Assembly (NCBI GenBank): GCA_031459915.1
Contig: JAVKHO010000007.1
Span: 1-64,000, forward strand
Length of the DNA stretch: 64,000 bases
Direction of reading: 5' to 3'
Source of the DNA: Candidatus Tepidifontimicrobium thermophilum
GTDB lineage: Bacteria; Sysuimicrobiota; Sysuimicrobiia; Sysuimicrobiales; Sysuimicrobiaceae
A model generated the notes under the pieces. It did not search any database. It saw only the letters and a program-made list of their open reading frames with translations, and was not told where the DNA came from. The position numbers and the translations under genes were made by a program. Of this stretch, positions 31,905 to 42,059 are shown piece after piece; positions within the stretch are counted from its first letter, which is position 1, and every line of letters starts with the position of its first letter.

Positions 31905-33428
31905 TTGTCCACCCGCGCGCGACCGCACACCGCCGGGCCGGCCGTGGCCGGAGTCCGAGACCCCCTCCTGAGGACCGTGCAGCGTACCGTGGAGGAGTAC
32001 GGTCTGCTGCCGGCGGGGACCCACGTGCTGGCCGCATGTTCCGGGGGCGCGGATTCCGTCGCCCTGGTGCGCCTGTTGAGCCGGCTGAGCGCACAGGGGC
32101 GGTGGAGGCTCAGCGTGGGGCACGTGCACCACGGGCTGCGGACCTCCGCGGACTCGGACGCGGCCCTTGTCGCAGAGCTGGCCCGGCGCCTGCAGCTGCC
32201 CTTCTTCCTGCGCCGTCTGGAGGGGCTGGGCGGGGCGAACCTCGAGGCGCGTGCCCGGGCGGCCCGCTACGCGGCTCTGGCGGAGATGGCCCGCGAGGCA
32301 GGTGCACAGGCGGTGGCGACGGGGCACACCCTCGACGACCAGGCGGAGACCGTTCTGCTGCGCCTGCTCAGGGGAACCGGGGTGGCCGGGCTGTCGGGCA
32401 TCCGGCCCATCCGGCCCCTGGCGCCCGGGATCACCGTGGTCCGTCCCCTCCTGCGGTGCCGGCGGCAGGCCCTGCGGGACTTCCTGAGCCAGGAAGGTGA
32501 GGCGTGGAGGGAGGACGAGACCAACGTCGACCCGCGTTACGCCCGCAACCGCGTCCGGACGCGGCTGATGCCGATCCTGGTGGCGGAGAACCCGCGTCTC
32601 CCGGAGGCTCTGGCCCACCTGGCGGAGGTGGTGCGGGAGGAGGAGGCGGTGTGGGCGGAGTGGGTCGGCCAGACGTTGCGGCGTATTGCGCGGCCCGCGG
32701 AAGGTGGCTGGACGGCGCCGCTGCAGGAGTTCTTGGACCTGCCCGTAGGGCTGCAGCGTCGGGTCCTGCGGGAGCTGGCGGGAAACCTCCCGACGGTTTC
32801 CTTCGTTCACGTGGAGGAGGCACGGCGGTTGCTTCGGAGCGGCCGGGCGGGTCAGGAGCTGGTGCTGCCGGGAGGCGCACGGGTGCGGCGGGGGTCGGGT
32901 AGCTTCTGGGTGGGCACGCCGGGCGAGGTCAGCAGCCTGCAGCCCGTACCCCTGCCGGTGCCCGGGCGCGCGTGGGTTCCGGACCTGGGCTTGGTGGTGG
33001 AGGCCCGGCTGGGACCCCGGGGCGAGTCCGAGCCCACGGGCCGGTGGGAAGCCGAGCTGGACGAACGGTACGGCACGCAGGACCTGGTGGTGCGCACGCG
33101 CCAGCCCGGCGACCGAATCCGGCTGAGGGTGGGGACCCGCAAGCTGCAGGACCTGCTGGTGGACCTGCGGGTTCCGCGGTGGGAGCGGGACCGTCTCCCC
33201 CTGGTGGCCACCGGCGACGGCGAGGTCCTGTGGGTGGTGGGCTACCGCGTGGCGGACGCGGCGCGTCCCGCGCCCGACGCGGTAGGCTGCCTGCGGTTGA
33301 GGGCGTGGCCCCTGGAGGCAGGGGCTACACTGGAGGCGGGAGCCGCCGATGGTATACTGGGTGAACAACTCCCGGTCGGCCGGGGCGGGCCGGCGCGCGT
33401 GAGGGAAGGGCAGGAGGCGATCCGGTGA
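31905..33428 (+). CDS. tilS: tRNA(Ile)-lysidine synthetase
   Basis: [47 protein letters not shown]; start uncertain. Confidence 0.96.
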   Translation: MSTRARPHTAGPAVAGVRDPLLRTVQRTVEEYGLLPAGTHVLAACSGGADSVALVRLLSRLSAQGRWRLSVGHVHHGLRTSADSDAALVAELARRLQLPFFLRRLEGLGGANLEARARAARYAALAEMAREAGAQAVATGHTLDDQAETVLLRLLRGTGVAGLSGIRPIRPLAPGITVVRPLLRCRRQALRDFLSQEGEAWREDETNVDPRYARNRVRTRLMPILVAENPRLPEALAHLAEVVREEEAVWAEWVGQTLRRIARPAEGGWTAPLQEFLDLPVGLQRRVLRELAGNLPTVSFVHVEEARRLLRSGRAGQELVLPGGARVRRGSGSFWVGTPGEVSSLQPVPLPVPGRAWVPDLGLVVEARLGPRGESEPTGRWEAELDERYGTQDLVVRTRQPGDRIRLRVGTRKLQDLLVDLRVPRWERDRLPLVATGDGEVLWVVGYRVADAARPAPDAVGCLRLRAWPLEAGATLEAGAADGILGEQLPVGRGGPARVREGQEAIR

Positions 33429-35344
33429 CCAACCGGTACGTGCGCAGCCTGGTGGTCTGGGCGCTCGTGGTCGCGGTGGTGCTGTTCGTGCTGGTCCCCA
33501 TGTACCGCAGCACCCGCACCGTGCCCCGGTCCATCGACTTCAGTGAGTTCCTCACCCTCGTGGAGCAGGGCCAGGTGGTGGGGAAGGTAGTGTTCAACGA
33601 GGACAACAGCACCATCACCGGGGAGCGCCGGGACGGCCAGCCCTTCCGCACCACGTACTCCAAGGAGGCCACCCTTCAGATCCAGGCGCTGCTGCGCCAG
33701 AAGGGGATCCCCTTCGCCGTGGAGGCTCCCGCGCGGAACTCCCCGTGGCCGAACCTGCTCAGCAGCTTCCTGCCGCTGCTCCTCATCATCGGGCTGTGGT
33801 TCCTGATGATCCGGCAGGCCCAGTCCGGAAGCAACCAGGCCCTCTCCTTCGGCAAGAGCCGGGCCCGCCTGCACCACGAGTCCAAGCCTAAAGTCACCTT
33901 CGACGACGTGGCCGGGGTGGACGAGGCCAAGGAGGAGCTGCAGGAGATCATCGAGTTCCTCAAGCACCCCAAGAAGTTCCAGGCCCTGGGGGCCAAGATC
34001 CCCCGGGGCGTCCTGCTGGTGGGCCCGCCGGGCTCGGGGAAGACGCTGCTGGCCAAGGCCGTGGCCGGGGAGGCCGGGGTGCCCTTCTTCTCCATCTCCG
34101 GCTCCGAGTTCGTGGAGATGTTCGTCGGGGTGGGGGCCTCGCGGGTACGGGACCTCTTCGACCAGGCGAAGAAGAACGCGCCCTGCCTGGTGTTCATCGA
34201 CGAGATCGACGCGGTGGGTCGCCAGCGGGGCGCGGGGCTGGGTGGGGGCCACGACGAGCGGGAGCAGACCCTGAACCAGCTCCTGGTGGAGATGGACGGG
34301 TTCGATCCCAACGCCGGCATCATCGTGATCGCCGCCACCAACCGCCCCGACATCCTGGACCCGGCGCTTTTGCGCCCGGGCCGGTTCGACCGGCGCATCG
34401 TGGTGGACAACCCCGACACCAAGGGCCGCAGGGCCATCCTGGAGGTGCACCTGCGGGGCAAGCCGCTGGCGGAGGACGTGAACGTGGACGTGCTGGCCAA
34501 GCGGACCCCGGGGTTCTCGGGCGCTGACCTGGCGAACCTCGTGAACGAGGCGGCCCTGCTGGCCGCGCGCCGGAACAAGCGCCGCATCACCATGGCGGAG
34601 TTCGACGAGGCCATCGAGCGGGTCATCGCGGGACCCCAGCGCCGCAGCCGGGTCCTGTCGCAGCGGGAGCGGGAGCTGGTGGCGTTCCACGAAGCCGGAC
34701 ACGCCCTGCTGCGGAAGCTCCTGCCCCACGCGGACCCGCCCCACAAGGTGACCATCGTTTCGCGGGGCATGGCGCTGGGCTACGTGATGGGGATGCCCCC
34801 CGAGGACCGGTACACCCGGACCCGGGCCGAGCTGCTGGACGAGATCACCGTGGCCATGGGCGGCCGGGTGGCGGAGGAGATCGTGTTCGGGGAGGTCACC
34901 ACGGGCGCGGAGAACGACTTCGAGCAGGCCACGGACATGGCGCGCAAGATGGTCACCGACTTCGGGATGTCGGAGAAGCTGGGACCCATGTCCTTAGGCA
35001 AGCGGCACGGGCCCGTGTTCCTAGGAAGGGACCTGGTGGAGAGCCGGAACTACAGCGAGGAGGTCGCGTACGAGATCGACAAGGAGGTCCGGCGGATCAT
35101 CGACGAGTGCTACGGCCGGGCCCGGCAGATCCTGGAGGCGAACCGAGACAAGCTCGAGGTGATCGCCCGGGCACTGCTGGAGAAGGAGTCCCTGGACGCG
35201 GAGGAACTCGAGCGGCTGCTGGCCGGCCAGCCCCTCGACGCGGACTCGCCCACGCCGGGCGCCCTGGAGGTGCAGGCTCCACCGCGGACCGTCCCCGCTC
35301 CGCCCGTGGTCCCCTCCCTGCGCCCCAAGCCGGAGGCCAGTTAA
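33425..35344 (+). CDS. ftsH: ATP-dependent zinc metalloprotease FtsH
   Basis: Two TM helices, [41 protein letters not shown]. Confidence 0.99.
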   Translation: MTNRYVRSLVVWALVVAVVLFVLVPMYRSTRTVPRSIDFSEFLTLVEQGQVVGKVVFNEDNSTITGERRDGQPFRTTYSKEATLQIQALLRQKGIPFAVEAPARNSPWPNLLSSFLPLLLIIGLWFLMIRQAQSGSNQALSFGKSRARLHHESKPKVTFDDVAGVDEAKEELQEIIEFLKHPKKFQALGAKIPRGVLLVGPPGSGKTLLAKAVAGEAGVPFFSISGSEFVEMFVGVGASRVRDLFDQAKKNAPCLVFIDEIDAVGRQRGAGLGGGHDEREQTLNQLLVEMDGFDPNAGIIVIAATNRPDILDPALLRPGRFDRRIVVDNPDTKGRRAILEVHLRGKPLAEDVNVDVLAKRTPGFSGADLANLVNEAALLAARRNKRRITMAEFDEAIERVIAGPQRRSRVLSQRERELVAFHEAGHALLRKLLPHADPPHKVTIVSRGMALGYVMGMPPEDRYTRTRAELLDEITVAMGGRVAEEIVFGEVTTGAENDFEQATDMARKMVTDFGMSEKLGPMSLGKRHGPVFLGRDLVESRNYSEEVAYEIDKEVRRIIDECYGRARQILEANRDKLEVIARALLEKESLDAEELERLLAGQPLDADSPTPGALEVQAPPRTVPAPPVVPSLRPKPEAS

Positions 35345-35402
35345 GTTCACGGGATCCGCAGCCGCCGAGCTTGGGTGGGCGCCCCCGCCCGGGCGGGCCT
35401 GC

Positions 35403-35978
35403 TCAGGCGGGGGAAGCGGCCAGCACTTCCTCGCCCTTGACCACCCGGACGCCCGCCTGCTCCCACTCCTTGCGCCGCTCGGGCACCTGCTCGGGGTACA
35501 CGGGCCTCGCCGCGTCCTCCACCACCGCGGTGCGGAACCCCGCGCGGGCCGCGTCCAGGGCCGTGGCGTGCACGCAGTAGTCGGTCGCGAGCCCACACAC
35601 GTACACCTCCTCGACCCCGAGGCCCCGCAGCAGGTCCGCCAGGCCCGTCCCCTGGAACCCGGAGTACGCCTCCTGGTCGGGCCGGTACGCCTTCCGGACG
35701 ATGTGGGTGATGGGCTCCCGCCGCAGCTGCGGGTGCAGATCCGCTCCCGGTGTGCCTTGGACGCAGTGAGGCGGCCAAGGGCCTCCGCGGTCCCGGAAGG
35801 ACACGTGGTCCTGCGGGTGCCAGTCCTGCGTGGCCACCACAGGACGGCCCGCGCGCGCAAACGCCTGGGCCAGGGCGTTCACCAGGGGCACGATCCGGTC
35901 TCCCTCCGGCACCGCCAGCGCCCCGCCCGGGCAGAAGTCGTTCTGGAGATCCACCACGATGAGGGCGGCGCGTTCCAC
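35403..35978 (-). CDS. pncA: Nicotinamidase/pyrazinamidase
   Basis: VDLQNDFCPGGALAV, QDWHP, WPPHCVQGT, YSGF, GLATDYCV. Confidence 0.96.
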   Translation of the reverse strand: MERAALIVVDLQNDFCPGGALAVPEGDRIVPLVNALAQAFARAGRPVVATQDWHPQDHVSFRDRGGPWPPHCVQGTPGADLHPQLRREPITHIVRKAYRPDQEAYSGFQGTGLADLLRGLGVEEVYVCGLATDYCVHATALDAARAGFRTAVVEDAARPVYPEQVPERRKEWEQAGVRVVKGEEVLAASPA

Positions 35979-36072
35979 CGCGCACCACCTCCCTCCCGTC
36001 TGCCACGCCTCGCGCCTAGAGCTCGCGCCTATAGTATACTTCGGTCCGAATCCGACGCCGTGGCGGGGGGAA

Positions 36073-36537
36073 GTGTTGGCGAAGCGCAACCTGAAGGAAG
36101 ACCTGCGACGGCCGGTACTGGTGTACGTGAGCGTGGTGGCCGTGCTGGCCGTCGTCCTGGGCGTGCTGCAGGCCCGGTACGAGGCGGCCCGGCGTCCCCC
36201 CAGCGCGGAGGCGGTGATCCGCAACCTCACCGAGAGCTTCGTGGGTGAGGGCACCGTGCGGTCGGTGCGCCTGCACGGCGGCGTGGCGGAGCTGGAGGTG
36301 GCCATGGACGGGGTCCGGGCCCTGCCCCAGGTCCGTGCGGAGTGGCCGCAGTTCTTCCGCGACGCCACCGACGTGGCCGCGGACCGGCTCTTCAGCCCCC
36401 CGGCACAGATCACGACCCCGGCCCTGGGCGGCCTGGAACAGGTGTCCATCCGCTACACCCTGCAGGGTAAGGAGGTGGCCCGGGGCTCCAAACGGAGGGG
36501 GGACCGCACCGCCACGGTCACCCTCGCTCGGCCGTGA
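36073..36537 (+). CDS. Hypothetical membrane-anchored protein
   Basis: One N-terminal TM helix (VLVYVSVVAVLAVVLGVL); native codon style; upstream TATACT. Confidence 0.7.
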   Translation: MLAKRNLKEDLRRPVLVYVSVVAVLAVVLGVLQARYEAARRPPSAEAVIRNLTESFVGEGTVRSVRLHGGVAELEVAMDGVRALPQVRAEWPQFFRDATDVAADRLFSPPAQITTPALGGLEQVSIRYTLQGKEVARGSKRRGDRTATVTLARP

Positions 36538-36547
36538 GGAGGGGGAT

Positions 36548-36895
36548 GTGTACGCGCTGAACTTCTACTCCAGCGTGTTCGCAGAACAGCTCCGGCAGGG
36601 GCGCAAGACCGCCACCATCCGCCTGGGCGACAAACGGGACAAGTACCGCGAGGGGCAGATCGTGTGGGTCACCGTAGGCCGCCGGTTCGGAGAGCGGCAG
36701 AAGATCTTCTGCGCGGTCATCGACCGAACGGAGTACAAACAGGTGAAAGACCTCACCCCGCGGGAGATCGAGCGGGACCACCCGGAGCTGCGGCGTCACG
36801 AGGACCTGCTGGAGTTCCTGTCGTCCATCTACGGACGGCCCGTGACCCTGGAGGACTGGGTCACGGTGGTACACTTCTCACCGGTTCGGGAGTGA
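36548..36895 (+). CDS. ASCH domain-containing protein
   Basis: LNFYS...GRKTATIR (GxKxxxxR ASCH motif). Confidence 0.85.
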   Translation: MYALNFYSSVFAEQLRQGRKTATIRLGDKRDKYREGQIVWVTVGRRFGERQKIFCAVIDRTEYKQVKDLTPREIERDHPELRRHEDLLEFLSSIYGRPVTLEDWVTVVHFSPVRE

Positions 36896-37472
36896 CGGGT
36901 TCGATGGGGCGGCCTTCCGGCGGGAGGAGGAACTGCGGAGGGACCGCATCAACGAGGTACACGTCCCCGCTGGCGCGGTAGAAAGCCACCCCGGCCTCGT
37001 GGGCGCGGCGGGCCAGGACCGTCAGGACCACCGGTCGGGGGCTGTGCCGCAGCCCCACCTCCCTGGCTTGCAGGGGGGTGAGGGAGAGGTGCACGAAGCG
37101 GCGCGTACCGGGCCGCAGGCCCTCCGACAGGATGACGGCCACCCGCTCGGGGGCGGTGCCGTGGTACAGCCACTCGGGCGGACGTTGCGGCGCGCCCTCG
37201 GGCTGCACCGGGACGCTGTGTCCGTACAGGGCCCGTATGCGCCCGTCCCGCAGCTCGAACCGGCGGCGCCCCGGCAGCTGCACCACCGCTTCCAGGTCCG
37301 CCGGGGTGGCGTCCTCCCAGCCCCGCTGGCGCCGGACCGCCTCCAGGAGCGCTTCCACCGGGGCCCAGCCGTGCGGGTCCAGGGAAATCCCGAACTCCTC
37401 CGGCTTGTGCCGGAGGATCAGGGACAGCAGCCGGCTCAGGCGCTCGGCACGGGGTCGGTCGACGGCGGCCAT
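36861..37472 (-). CDS. kptA: RNA 2'-phosphotransferase (Tpt1/KptA)
   Basis: LSLILRH, LDPHGW, RRFEL, IRALYGHS, LYHGT, RRFVHLS. Confidence 0.93.
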   Translation of the reverse strand: MAAVDRPRAERLSRLLSLILRHKPEEFGISLDPHGWAPVEALLEAVRRQRGWEDATPADLEAVVQLPGRRRFELRDGRIRALYGHSVPVQPEGAPQRPPEWLYHGTAPERVAVILSEGLRPGTRRFVHLSLTPLQAREVGLRHSPRPVVLTVLARRAHEAGVAFYRASGDVYLVDAVPPQFLLPPEGRPIEPVTPEPVRSVPP

Positions 37473-37507
37473 GGCCTCCTTTCCCAGCGTATGATACACG
37501 CGGCGGG

Positions 37508-38413
37508 GTGACGGTGGTGGGCAGGCCGCTGGTGGAGTGCGTTCCGAACGTCAGCGAGGGGCGGCGTTTGGAGGTGATCGAGGAGCTGGCCGAGGCGGTG
37601 CGGTCGACTCCGCACGTGCGGCTGCTGGACTACTCGTGGGACGGGGCCCACCACCGGTCCGTGTTCACCTTCGTGGGGCCGCCCCAGCCGGTGCTGGACG
37701 CGGCCCTGGCGCTGGCCGCGGTGGCCGTCCGGCGGATCGACCTGCGCAGCCACCAGGGGCTGCACCCGCGGATCGGCGCGGTGGACGTGGTGCCCTTCGT
37801 CCCCCTGCGGGGCGTGACCCTGGAGGACTGCGTAGAGCTGAGCCGCGCCTTCGCGAGGGCCTTGTGGGAGCGTCACCGTGTTCCCGTGTACTTCTACGCG
37901 CATTCCGCCGTCCGTCCGGAGCGCCGGTGGTTGCCGAACATCCGGCGCGGGGGATTCGAGGGCCTGCAGTCCACCATCACGGAGCCCGACCGGCACCCGG
38001 ACGTGGGCGAGCCCGCGCTGCACCCCACCGCGGGCGCTACGGCCACCGGCGCGCGGGGGTTGCTGATCGCGTGGAACTTCACCCTGGCCACCGAGGACGT
38101 GCAGGTCGCCCGGACGGTGGCGCGGCGGGTCCGCCAATCCTCGGGAGGGCTGCCGGGGATCCAGGCGGCCGGGTGGGCGCTGCCTCAGGGCGGGGTACAG
38201 GTCTCCGTGAACGTCCTGGACTACCGCACCACACCGCTGCACGTGCTGTACGAGGCGGTCTGCCGGGAGGCCGCGCGGCTCGGCGTGGAGGTCGCCTCCA
38301 CGGAGTTCGTGGGGCTGGTGCCCGCGGAGGCCTTGGCCCAGGTGGCGGCGTGGGCCCTGCGCTCGGCCAACCTGGACGTCCTCCGCGTACTGGAAGCGAG
38401 GCTGGTGGAGTGA
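37508..38413 (+). CDS. ftcD: Glutamate formiminotransferase
   Basis: VECVPNVSEGRR, HHRSVFT, HQGLHPRIGAVDVVPFVP, GARGLLIAWN. Confidence 0.94.
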   Translation: MTVVGRPLVECVPNVSEGRRLEVIEELAEAVRSTPHVRLLDYSWDGAHHRSVFTFVGPPQPVLDAALALAAVAVRRIDLRSHQGLHPRIGAVDVVPFVPLRGVTLEDCVELSRAFARALWERHRVPVYFYAHSAVRPERRWLPNIRRGGFEGLQSTITEPDRHPDVGEPALHPTAGATATGARGLLIAWNFTLATEDVQVARTVARRVRQSSGGLPGIQAAGWALPQGGVQVSVNVLDYRTTPLHVLYEAVCREAARLGVEVASTEFVGLVPAEALAQVAAWALRSANLDVLRVLEARLVE

Positions 38414-39279
38414 CCGCACAGCAGCTGCGCTGCGGCCGCCGTGCCCTGCGGTTCGGGCACCGGACCCTGGTGATGGGCGTCGTCAACGTGACCCCGGACT
38501 CCTTCAGCGGCGACGGGTTGCTCACCGGGCCGGGGTGGCTGGAGAGGGTGGTGCAGGTGGGCCGGCGGATGGTGGAGGACGGCGCGGACCTGCTGGACGT
38601 GGGCGGGGAGTCCAGCCGGCCCGGTGCCGCGCCCGTGCCCTTGGAGGAGGAGCTGCGGCGGGTGGTGCCGGCGGTGGAGGCGCTGCGGCGGGTGGTGGAC
38701 GTCCCCATCTCCGTGGACACCACCAAGGCGGAGGTGGCACGCCAGGCCCTGCGGGCGGGCGCGGACATGGTGAACGACATCAGCGCCCTCCGGCACGACC
38801 CGGACATGGTCCGGGTCGTAGCGGACTCGGGCTGCGGCGTGGTGTTGATGCACATGAAGGGCACGCCCCAGGACATGCAGCGGGACCCGCGGTACGAGGA
38901 CGTGGTGGCGGAGGTGCGCGACTTCTTGGCGGAGCGGGTGGAGTGGGCGGAACGGCACGGGATCCCCCGCGACCGCATCCTCGTGGACCCCGGCTTCGGG
39001 TTCGGCAAGCGCCCGGAGCACAACCTGGAGCTGGTGAGGAACCTGAGGGCCTTCCGGGAGCTGGGCTGCCCGGTGCTCCTGGGGCCGTCCCGGAAGAGCA
39101 CCATCGGTGTGATCCTGGGCGGGCTGCCGCCCGCGGAACGCGTGGAGGGCACTGCGGCGGTGGTCGCCCTGGCGGTGGCGTGCGGCGTGGACGTGGTGCG
39201 GGTGCACGACGTGCGGGCCATGGCGCGGGTGGTGCGGGTGGCAGACGCGGTGGTGCGGGGCTGGGCACCGGATCGCTAG
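38410..39279 (+). CDS. folP: Dihydropteroate synthase
   Basis: MGVVNVTPDSFSG, DVGGESSRPG, ISVDT, DPGFGFGK, SRKS, RVHDV. Confidence 0.97.
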   Translation: MTAQQLRCGRRALRFGHRTLVMGVVNVTPDSFSGDGLLTGPGWLERVVQVGRRMVEDGADLLDVGGESSRPGAAPVPLEEELRRVVPAVEALRRVVDVPISVDTTKAEVARQALRAGADMVNDISALRHDPDMVRVVADSGCGVVLMHMKGTPQDMQRDPRYEDVVAEVRDFLAERVEWAERHGIPRDRILVDPGFGFGKRPEHNLELVRNLRAFRELGCPVLLGPSRKSTIGVILGGLPPAERVEGTAAVVALAVACGVDVVRVHDVRAMARVVRVADAVVRGWAPDR

Positions 39280-39312
39280 CGCGCAATCTCCCGTGTGGCC
39301 CGGGAGGCGGCG

Positions 39313-39696
39313 GTGGATCGCATCGTGCTGAAGGACATGGCTTTTTACGGCTACCACGGGGTTCTCCCCGAGGAGCGGCAGCGGGGCCAGGTGTTCTTCG
39401 TGGACGCAGAGGTGGAGTGCGACCTGCACCCTGCCGGCCACAGTGACGACCTCGCGGACACCCTGGACTACCGGGAGATCTACCGGCGGGTCCAGGCGGT
39501 GCTGCTGGGGCCGCCCAAGGCGCTGCTGGAGGCGGTGGCGGAGGAAGTGGCGCACCGGCTCCTGGAGCTGGACCGGGTGGAGGCCGTCTGCGTGGAGGTC
39601 CGCAAGCCCCACGTGGAGCTGGGAGGGCCGGTGGGATTCGCGGCGGTGCGGGTAAAGCGGCGGCGGCGTCCTCGGGTGGGCCCGTCCGCGGTGTGA
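39313..39696 (+). CDS. folB: Dihydroneopterin aldolase
   Basis: FYGYHGVLPEE..GQ, SDDLADTLDY, LLEAVAE, RKP. Confidence 0.96.
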   Translation: MDRIVLKDMAFYGYHGVLPEERQRGQVFFVDAEVECDLHPAGHSDDLADTLDYREIYRRVQAVLLGPPKALLEAVAEEVAHRLLELDRVEAVCVEVRKPHVELGGPVGFAAVRVKRRRRPRVGPSAV

Positions 39697-40178
39697 GGCG
39701 CGTGGAAGAGCGGGTGTTCCTCTCACTGGGGTCCAACCTGGGGGAGCGGGAGGCTAACCTGCTCGCGGCCCTTCGCCTGTTGGACGCGGAGGGCGTGCGG
39801 TTGGTGCGCCAGTCCTCCTGGTATGAGACCGAACCCGTCGGCTTCACGGAACAGCCGCCGTTCCTGAACCTCGTGGTGGAAGTCCGCACCGCCCTGGACC
39901 CGCTCGGGCTGCTGCGGTGCGCGCAGCGGGTCGAGGCGGCTTTGGGCAGGGTGCGCGAGGTCCGCTGGGGGCCGCGAACGGTGGACGTGGACCTGGTCCT
40001 GTACGGCCAGCGGGTGGTCCGGACCCCAGAGCTCGTCGTGCCGCACCCCCGCATGCGGGAGCGCGCGTTCGTCCTCGTGCCGCTGTGCGAGATCGCGCCG
40101 GACCTGGTGCTGCCTGACGGGACCCCGGTGGTTGCCCTGTTGCCCGCGGTGGCGGATCAGCGGGTCCAGCGGCGGTGA
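39693..40178 (+). CDS. folK: HPPK
   Basis: LSLGSNLG, YETEP, FLN, RWGPRTVDVDL, PHPRMRERAFVLVP. Confidence 0.96.
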   Translation: MRRVEERVFLSLGSNLGEREANLLAALRLLDAEGVRLVRQSSWYETEPVGFTEQPPFLNLVVEVRTALDPLGLLRCAQRVEAALGRVREVRWGPRTVDVDLVLYGQRVVRTPELVVPHPRMRERAFVLVPLCEIAPDLVLPDGTPVVALLPAVADQRVQRR

Positions 40179-40939
40179 GGGAAGGGCCGGTGGAGCTGGA
40201 GCACGTGCAGCGCAACCTCGGCACGCGCTACGTGGGCCGCCGTGTCCATTGGTTCGAGCAGGTGACGTCCACCAACGACGTGGCCCGCAGCCTCGCGGAG
40301 CAGGGGGCCCCGGAGGGGACGGTGGTGCTGGCCCGCACCCAGACGGAGGGCCGGGGAAGGCTCGGAAGGCGCTGGGTCTCCCCGCCGGGCGGCCTGTGGC
40401 TTTCGGTGGTGCTCCGCCCGCTGGCGGCGCCGCACGAGCTGCCGCGCCTCGCGCTGGCGGTAGGGGTAGCGTGCAGCCGCGCCGCGGAGCGCGCCTGCGG
40501 GCTCTCCTTGGGCCTGCGGTGGCCCAACGACCTGGTGGTGGAGGGCAGGAAGGTGGGCGGCATCCTCGTGGAGTCCGGGCCTGAGGTGCGGTGGGTGGTG
40601 GTAGGGGTGGGGATCAACGTGGCCGTGGCTGCAGACCAGCTGCCAGAGGGAGCCACGTCCCTGCAGGAGACCGTCCGAGGGCCGGTGGACCGCGCCGCGC
40701 TACTTCAGGCTCTGCTGTCTGAACTGGAGATCGCCTACGAGCTGTTCCGCGGCGGTGACTGGGCTACCCTCCTGGACTGGTGGCGCCGTAGGTCCACCAC
40801 CCTGGGCCGGCGCGTCCGCGTGTACCTGCCGTCGGGGGTCTACGAGGGCGTGGCGGAGGATGTGGACGAGGACGGCGCGCTGGTCCTGCGGCTTCCGGAC
40901 GGCCGGCGCAAGCGGATCGTGGCAGGGGAGGTGGGCTGA
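40175..40939 (+). CDS. birA: Biotin-protein ligase (no N-terminal HTH)
   Basis: STND, QTEGRGRLGRRW, WPND, KVGGIL, GVGIN. Confidence 0.95.
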   Translation: MREGPVELEHVQRNLGTRYVGRRVHWFEQVTSTNDVARSLAEQGAPEGTVVLARTQTEGRGRLGRRWVSPPGGLWLSVVLRPLAAPHELPRLALAVGVACSRAAERACGLSLGLRWPNDLVVEGRKVGGILVESGPEVRWVVVGVGINVAVAADQLPEGATSLQETVRGPVDRAALLQALLSELEIAYELFRGGDWATLLDWWRRRSTTLGRRVRVYLPSGVYEGVAEDVDEDGALVLRLPDGRRKRIVAGEVG

Positions 40940-40953
40940 AGGGAGGGAAGACG

Positions 40954-41940
40954 ATGTCGGGCATCACTGACGTGGAAGGAGTGGCAGTCGGCCACGCCAC
41001 CCACCGCGAGGCCGCTACGGGCTGCACCGTGGTCCTGTGCGAGGCCGGGGCCACTGCGGGCGTGGAGGTTCGGGGCAGCGCTCCGGGGACCCGCGAGACG
41101 GACCTGTTGCACCCGTTGAACCGGGTCCACCAGGTACACGGCGTCCTCCTGACGGGCGGCAGTGCCTTCGGCCTGGCAGCCGCGGACGGCGTGATGCGGT
41201 ACCTGGAGGAGCGGGGAGCGGGCTACGACGTGGTGGTGGCGAAGGTCCCCATCGTGCCCGCGGCGGTGATCTTCGACCTGTGGCTGGGCCGCCCCGACGT
41301 GCGGCCGGACGCCGCTATGGGCTACGCCGCCTGCCAGCTGGCCTCCAGCGGTCCCGTGGAGGAGGGCAGCGTAGGGGCCGGCACTGGTGCCACCGTGGGC
41401 AAGCTCCTGGGCCCCGCGGGGGCCATGAAGGGCGGGGTGGGCACGTGGAGCGCGGTCCTCCCCGGTGGTCGGGTGGTGGCGGCGCTCGTGGTGGTGAACG
41501 CCGTGGGCGACGTGCTGGCGCCAGACGGTTCGGTGCTGGCCGGCACGCGGGACCCGGCCACGGGAGAGCTGGTAGGCTCGGCAGCGTTGCTGCAGAGCGG
41601 CTACGTCCCGCCTCGGATGCTGGGGCAGAGCACGGTGATCGGGGTGGTGGCCACCAACGTGGCGCTTTCCAAAGTGGAGTGCAACCGGCTGGCGCGGGTG
41701 GCCCACCACGGGCTCGCCCAGGCCGTGTCCCCATCCCACACCACCCTGGATGGCGACACCTTCTTCGCCCTCAGTACGGGTCAGGTGGAGGGAGCCTACG
41801 ACGTGGTGGCGGCTGCAGTCCCGGGGGTGGTGGCGGAGGCGATCCGGCGGGCGGTGCGCACGGCCCGGGGCCTGCACGGCATCCCCGGCCTGGCGGACTC
41901 CGCGGGAACCGGGGGGGGCGAAGCATCGGGCTTGCGGTAA
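40954..41940 (+). CDS. P1/DmpA (S58) family peptidase
   Basis: ITDVEGVAVGH, TGCTV, GSAPGTRETD, GGSAFGL, GAGTGA, HTTLDGD. Confidence 0.92.
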   Translation: MSGITDVEGVAVGHATHREAATGCTVVLCEAGATAGVEVRGSAPGTRETDLLHPLNRVHQVHGVLLTGGSAFGLAAADGVMRYLEERGAGYDVVVAKVPIVPAAVIFDLWLGRPDVRPDAAMGYAACQLASSGPVEEGSVGAGTGATVGKLLGPAGAMKGGVGTWSAVLPGGRVVAALVVVNAVGDVLAPDGSVLAGTRDPATGELVGSAALLQSGYVPPRMLGQSTVIGVVATNVALSKVECNRLARVAHHGLAQAVSPSHTTLDGDTFFALSTGQVEGAYDVVAAAVPGVVAEAIRRAVRTARGLHGIPGLADSAGTGGGEASGLR

Positions 41941-41966
41941 GCCCGCGGGGCAGTTAGGCTGTTGGC

Positions 41967-42053
41967 GGGCCGGCATCCGACAGGAGCCGGACCCCGGCGA
42001 ACCGACTGCGTCTCGGTCCGTCCGGTACTGGACAAACCAGACTGGAACGGAGG
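41967..42053 (+). ncRNA. pan RNA motif-like leader (duplicated hairpins with two bulged A each)
   Basis: GGG-CCGGC-A-TCC-gaca-GGA-GCCGG-A-CCC (41967-41994) and CCGT-CCGGT-A-CTGG-acaaa-CCAG-ACTGG-A-ACGG (42018-42050); second overlaps SD GGAGG. Confidence 0.75.
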
Positions 42054-42059
42054 TGCAGG

